A stretch of 64,000 nucleotides of DNA from Schizochytrium sp. TIO01 (Eukaryota > Protista > Bigyra: Labyrinthulomycetes), in NCBI GenBank assembly GCA_004764695.1, contig SMSO01000008.1:1014296-1078295 (forward strand), in the 5' to 3' direction. This document shows, piece by piece, positions 60,201-64,000 of the stretch. The position numbers and the translations under genes are program-made. The first letter of the stretch is position 1, and every line of letters starts with the position of its first letter. The notes under the pieces were generated by a model, which was given only the letters and a program-made list of their open reading frames with translations, was not told the origin of the DNA and ran no database searches.

Positions 60201-62840
60201 CCTATCAAATTATATAGATTTCCTTCTTCTCTTTGTAAAAAAGAAAAGACTTCTTTGCCTTTCTTTGCGTACCCAACTACGTAAACTACTTAGGTAGTGT
60301 ACCAGCAGTACTACAAACACCAAGCACTAAAAAGAAAGAAAGAAAAAGCTTGGTCCTGACTATTACGATAGCTTTCCCTCGTGGATGATTCCACAAACGT
60401 ACTCTAAAGTTTGAAGGTTCTTGCATCCCTCGAGTGCCTTTGCGACGGCCTTTGCGCCCTCATCGCCAATGTTGTTGTAAGCAAGACTGTGAGTATAAAT
60501 GAATAAGTTTGTTTTGTTCATTCGTTGTCAGGAAAGACAGGTCCAGTCAGTTGATCCTGTTTTGTTTTGTTTTTCCTCACAATAAAAAGCAATCAGCTCT
60601 TCTTCTTCTTCTTCTGCTGCTGCTGCTGCCTATCAAATTATATAGATTTCCTTCTTCTCTTTGTAAAAAAGAAAAGACTTCTTTGCCTTTCTTTGCGTAC
60701 CCAACTACGTAAACTACTTAGGTAGTGTACCAGCAGTACTACAAACACCAAGCACTAAAAAGAAAGAAAGAAAAAGCTTGGTCCTGACTATTACGATAGC
60801 TTTCCCTCGTGGATGATTCCACAAACGTACTACAAAGTTTGAAGGTTCTTGCATCCCTCGAGTGCCTTTGCGACGGCCTTTGCGCCCTCACGCCAATGTT
60901 GTTGCTACGAAGACTGTGAGTATAAATGAATAAGTTTGTTTTGTTCATTCGTTGTCAGGAAAGACAGGTCCAGTCAGTTGATCCTGTTTTGTTTTGTTTT
61001 TCCTCACAATAAAAAGCAATCAGCTCTTCTTCTTCTGCTGCTGCTGCTGCTGCCTATCAAATTATATAGATTTCCTTCTTCTCTTTGTAAAAAAGAAAAG
61101 ACTTCTTTGCCTTTCTTTGCGTACCCAACTACGTAAACTACTTAGGTAGTGTACCAGCAGTACTACAAACACCAAGCACTAAAAAGAAAGAAAGAAAAAG
61201 CTTGGTCCTGACTATTACGATAGCTTTCCCTCGTGGATGATTCCACAAACGTACTTCAGATAAGTCAGGTTCTTGCATCCCTCGAGTGCCTTTGCGACGG
61301 CCTTTGCGCCCTCATCGCCAATGTTGTTTCCCTAAAGACTGTGAGTATAAATGAATAAGTTTGTTTTGTTCATTCGTTGTCAGGAAAGACAGGTCCAGTC
61401 AGTTGATCCTGTTTTGTTTTGTTTTTCCTCACAATAAAAAGCAATCAGCTCTTCTTCTTCTGCTGCTGCTGCTGCTGCCTATCAAATTATATAGATTTCC
61501 TTCTTCTCTTTGTAAAAAAGAAAAGACTTCTTTGCCTTTCTTTGCGTACCCAACTACGTAAACTACTTAGGTAGTGTACCAGCAGTACTACAAACACCAA
61601 GCACTAAAAAGAAAGAAAGAAAAAGCTTGGTCCTGACTATTACGATAGCTTTCCCTCGTGGATGATTCCACAAACGTACTCTAAAGTTTGAAGGTTCTTG
61701 CATCCCTCGAGTGCCTTTGCGACGGCCTTTGCGCCCTCATCGCCAATGTTGTTGCTAAAGACTGTGAGTATAAATGAATAAGTTTGTTTTGTTCATTCGT
61801 TGTCAGGAAAGACAGGTCCAGTCAGTTGATCCTGTTTTGTTTTGTTTTTCCTCACAATAAAAAGCAATCAGCTCTTCTTCTTGCTGCTGCTGCTGCCTAT
61901 CAAATTATATAGATTTCCTTCTTCTCTTTGTAAAAAAGAAAAGACTTCTTTGCCTTTCTTTGCGTACCCAACTACGTAAACTACTTAGGTAGTGTACCAG
62001 CAGTACTACAAACACCAAGCACTCAAAAGAAAGAAAGAAAAAGCTTGGTCCTGACTATTACGATAGCTTTCCCTCGTGGATGATTCCACAAACGTACTCA
62101 AAGTTTGAAGGTTCTTGCATCCCTCGAGTGCCTTTGCGACGGCCTTTGCGCCCTCATCGACCAATGTTTGTTGTCAAAGACTGTGAGTATAAATGAATAA
62201 GTTTGTTTTGTTCATTCGTTGTCAGGAAAGACAGGTCCAGTCAGTTGATCCTGTTTTGTTTTGTTTTTCCTCACAATAAAAAGCAATCACCTCTTCTTCT
62301 TCTTCTTCTGCTGCTGCTGCTGCGTATCAAATTATATAGATTCCCTTCTTCTCTTTGTAAAAAAGAAAAGACTTCTTTGCCTTTCTTTGCGTACCCAACT
62401 ACGTAAACTACTTAGGTAGTGTACCAGCAGTAGTACAAACACCAAGCACTAAAAAGAAAGAAAGAAAAAGCTTGGTCCTGACTATTACGATAGCTTTCCC
62501 TCGTGGTTGATTCCACAAACGTACTCCAAAGTTTGAAGGTTCTTGCATCCCTCGAGTGCCTTTGCGACGGCCTTTGCGCCCTCATCGCCAATCTCGTGCC
62601 CATCAAGACTGTGTTTGTTTGTTTGTTTGTGAACAAGTGAGAGTAAGTATATGCCATTTCCACCTTCTTCATGAGTGCCACTACTAGTTCAAATCTATTC
62701 TTCTTCTAGAAAGCTGACTACTACAACACATCGACGACGCGATGCCTCCTTCTTCTGTTCTCCTCCCTTCTGCATCGTGCACCTACCATATCTCCGTCGT
62801 ATCTTCCTGTGATGTCCTCAATTTATACTTGCCTAGTCAT
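51272..62840 (-). CDS. LRR(20) - acidic linker - helical region - Ser/Thr kinase - RING/Rcat (RBR-like) protein, about 1,500 aa; 5' end unresolved and internal LRR exons frameshifted in this consensus
   Basis: Twenty LRR exons run from 62525-62608 down to 54477-54560 (CACAG|T CTT...|GTACGT, phase 2, xLxxNNIGDEGAKAVAKALEGCKNLQTL). Linker exon 54110-54304 and terminal exon 51272-53960 also splice in phase 2 and in frame. Kinase: VLKEF, HCDIKPENIFL, IGDFD, TPRYVAPE, DMYSVG. RING-like: CLVC...C...LCRDC...CMKPEC. Rcat-like: CPNC..YVHDFDGCCAVECGNETCGHHFCAWC. A candidate upstream exon ends at donor 62787 (KLRTSQEDTTEI); the ATG at 62840 is out of frame with it. Confidence 0.75.
54477..62608 (-). repeat. 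Tandem LRR exon+intron array 3 (20 exons, 19 near-identical ~340-bp introns, period 418-432 bp)
   Basis: Introns differ mainly in an internal (CTT)n(CTG)n tract and homopolymer lengths. Exons differ at a few fixed codons. Confidence 0.95.
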
Positions 62841-64000
62841 CGTGTTTTGCAGCAGTGAGTGTCACCTTTGATGGATGGATTGATTCAATCGCGTTGATTT
62901 GCTTTGCTTTGTCTTTGTCTTCGCTTTGGCTTTTGGCGCTCGAAAGAGAGAGAGAGAGAGAGAGTAGTTTGAGTCTTCGCTCGCGCTGCTGATCAGGAAC
63001 GGAGACTTCTACTCTCTCTCTCTCTTCTTCTCTTCTCCTTCTCCTTCTTCTGAGCAGCAAGGAAGGAGGATCGGGGGTGGACTCCTCGCGATGCCTCGCA
63101 AGTGCCTCAGTAGACCAAGCCTCGCCCACGAACAGCGAACGCGTGGAGGGGTGTGGCACGCGAGAGGTCGCGGGTGCGTGGATATCGTGCGCGCGCGCTG
63201 CCTCGTGTTGCGGCTTTGCGGCGGCTTTGGCGATGGCATGGTATTCCCTTTTATTCCTTTCCTGTGTTAAGGTCCTTTGCCCTTTTGTTTAAGGTGCTTT
63301 CACTTCGTTTCTAATTTATCCTGGGAGCGCAAAAGAGGAGTCTAGTCTTGAAGAAAGACGAGGAGGCCTTGTGCTTCGTCTAGGTCAAAAACAAGGCAGG
63401 AGGCGACACGAGGAAGGACTCCATCCCTTTATGGTCGTGCAGATGAAGAGAGTTAACGCATAGAACTACTCTTCAAGCCTTTTTTTTTTTTTTTTAAATA
63501 AATATAAGAAATTAAGTTGGTGTGTAAAGCAAAAGAAGGATGTTGAATTTTGATTGCCATGGCGTATTGTGTAATGAATAGCAGGCAAGAAAAGATCCTT
63601 GTAATGAGGTCTATTTGAGTTAAGAGGTGGGAGCTTATTGAATCCTTTTGTTGCCTTTGATGAAGTCGTGGAGCGACACAAACTCGCAACTGTGTCATCG
63701 AGGAGCGAAAGAAAATAATCTTGATATAGCTAAAGCTTGGGAGAGAATGGAGAACAAGTCGACAATTTTCGGATTTCAAAGATGTGTCGAGTTGTTGGAT
63801 ATTTGCTTCACGGCTTCAATGTGAAAAAAGCAGAGAGTTGCTTTCACGATCAGAGCTACTGGCGGCTGCGACCAAAGGTGTGCCAGAAAGAAGGAAAGGA
63901 AAGTTTCAAAAAGAGGAGAATCTTTTGACCGAGAGTAGATGCCTGATTGCCTTTCTTGCATTGCTTTTAATCCTCTTCGGGCAGGTTTTATTTCATAAAA

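Noticed and set aside
54583-62406. Repeated plus-strand ORFs MFCSFVVRKDRSSQ...LLLLL
   Set aside because: These are antisense translations of the repeated intron. The poly-Leu/Cys comes from the (CTT)n(CTG)n tract and the frame varies between copies.
54477-62608. CRISPR-like look (constant repeat with variable inserts)
   Set aside because: Units are about 423 bp, the variable parts are codons inside spliceable LRR exons, there are no cas genes, and the context is eukaryotic.

Overview
Eukaryotic nuclear DNA. The 18S sequence looks like a thraustochytrid (Labyrinthulomycetes, Aurantiochytrium/Schizochytrium-like); this is recognition from memory, not a search. The window holds a single 18S-5.8S-28S unit (35.4-40.9 kb), three identical dispersed 5S genes, three tRNAs, one membrane-protein gene, an IS607-type serine-transposase remnant and degraded Crinkler-like NTPase/nuclease and kinase pseudogenes. 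The main result is hidden from the ORF track. Three long tandem repeats (14.3-16.8 kb, 27.3-30.8 kb, 54.5-62.6 kb) are arrays of 84-nt exons, each encoding one 28-aa ribonuclease-inhibitor-type LRR and flanked by phase-2 GT-AG introns. They splice onto three different C-termini: ROC-COR-TIR (1070 aa), a ~107-aa unknown tail (408 aa), and helical region-kinase-RING/Rcat (about 1,500 aa). Variation is concentrated in the predicted ligand-facing LRR codons. In the third gene the introns are almost identical while those codons are hypervariable, and they are often frameshifted in this consensus. The locus looks like a modular, exon-shuffled, immune-receptor-like LRR system embedded among rDNA, 5S and tRNA genes. 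Its function is inferred, not shown. Coordinates were counted by hand; pseudogene, repeat and rRNA boundaries are approximate.
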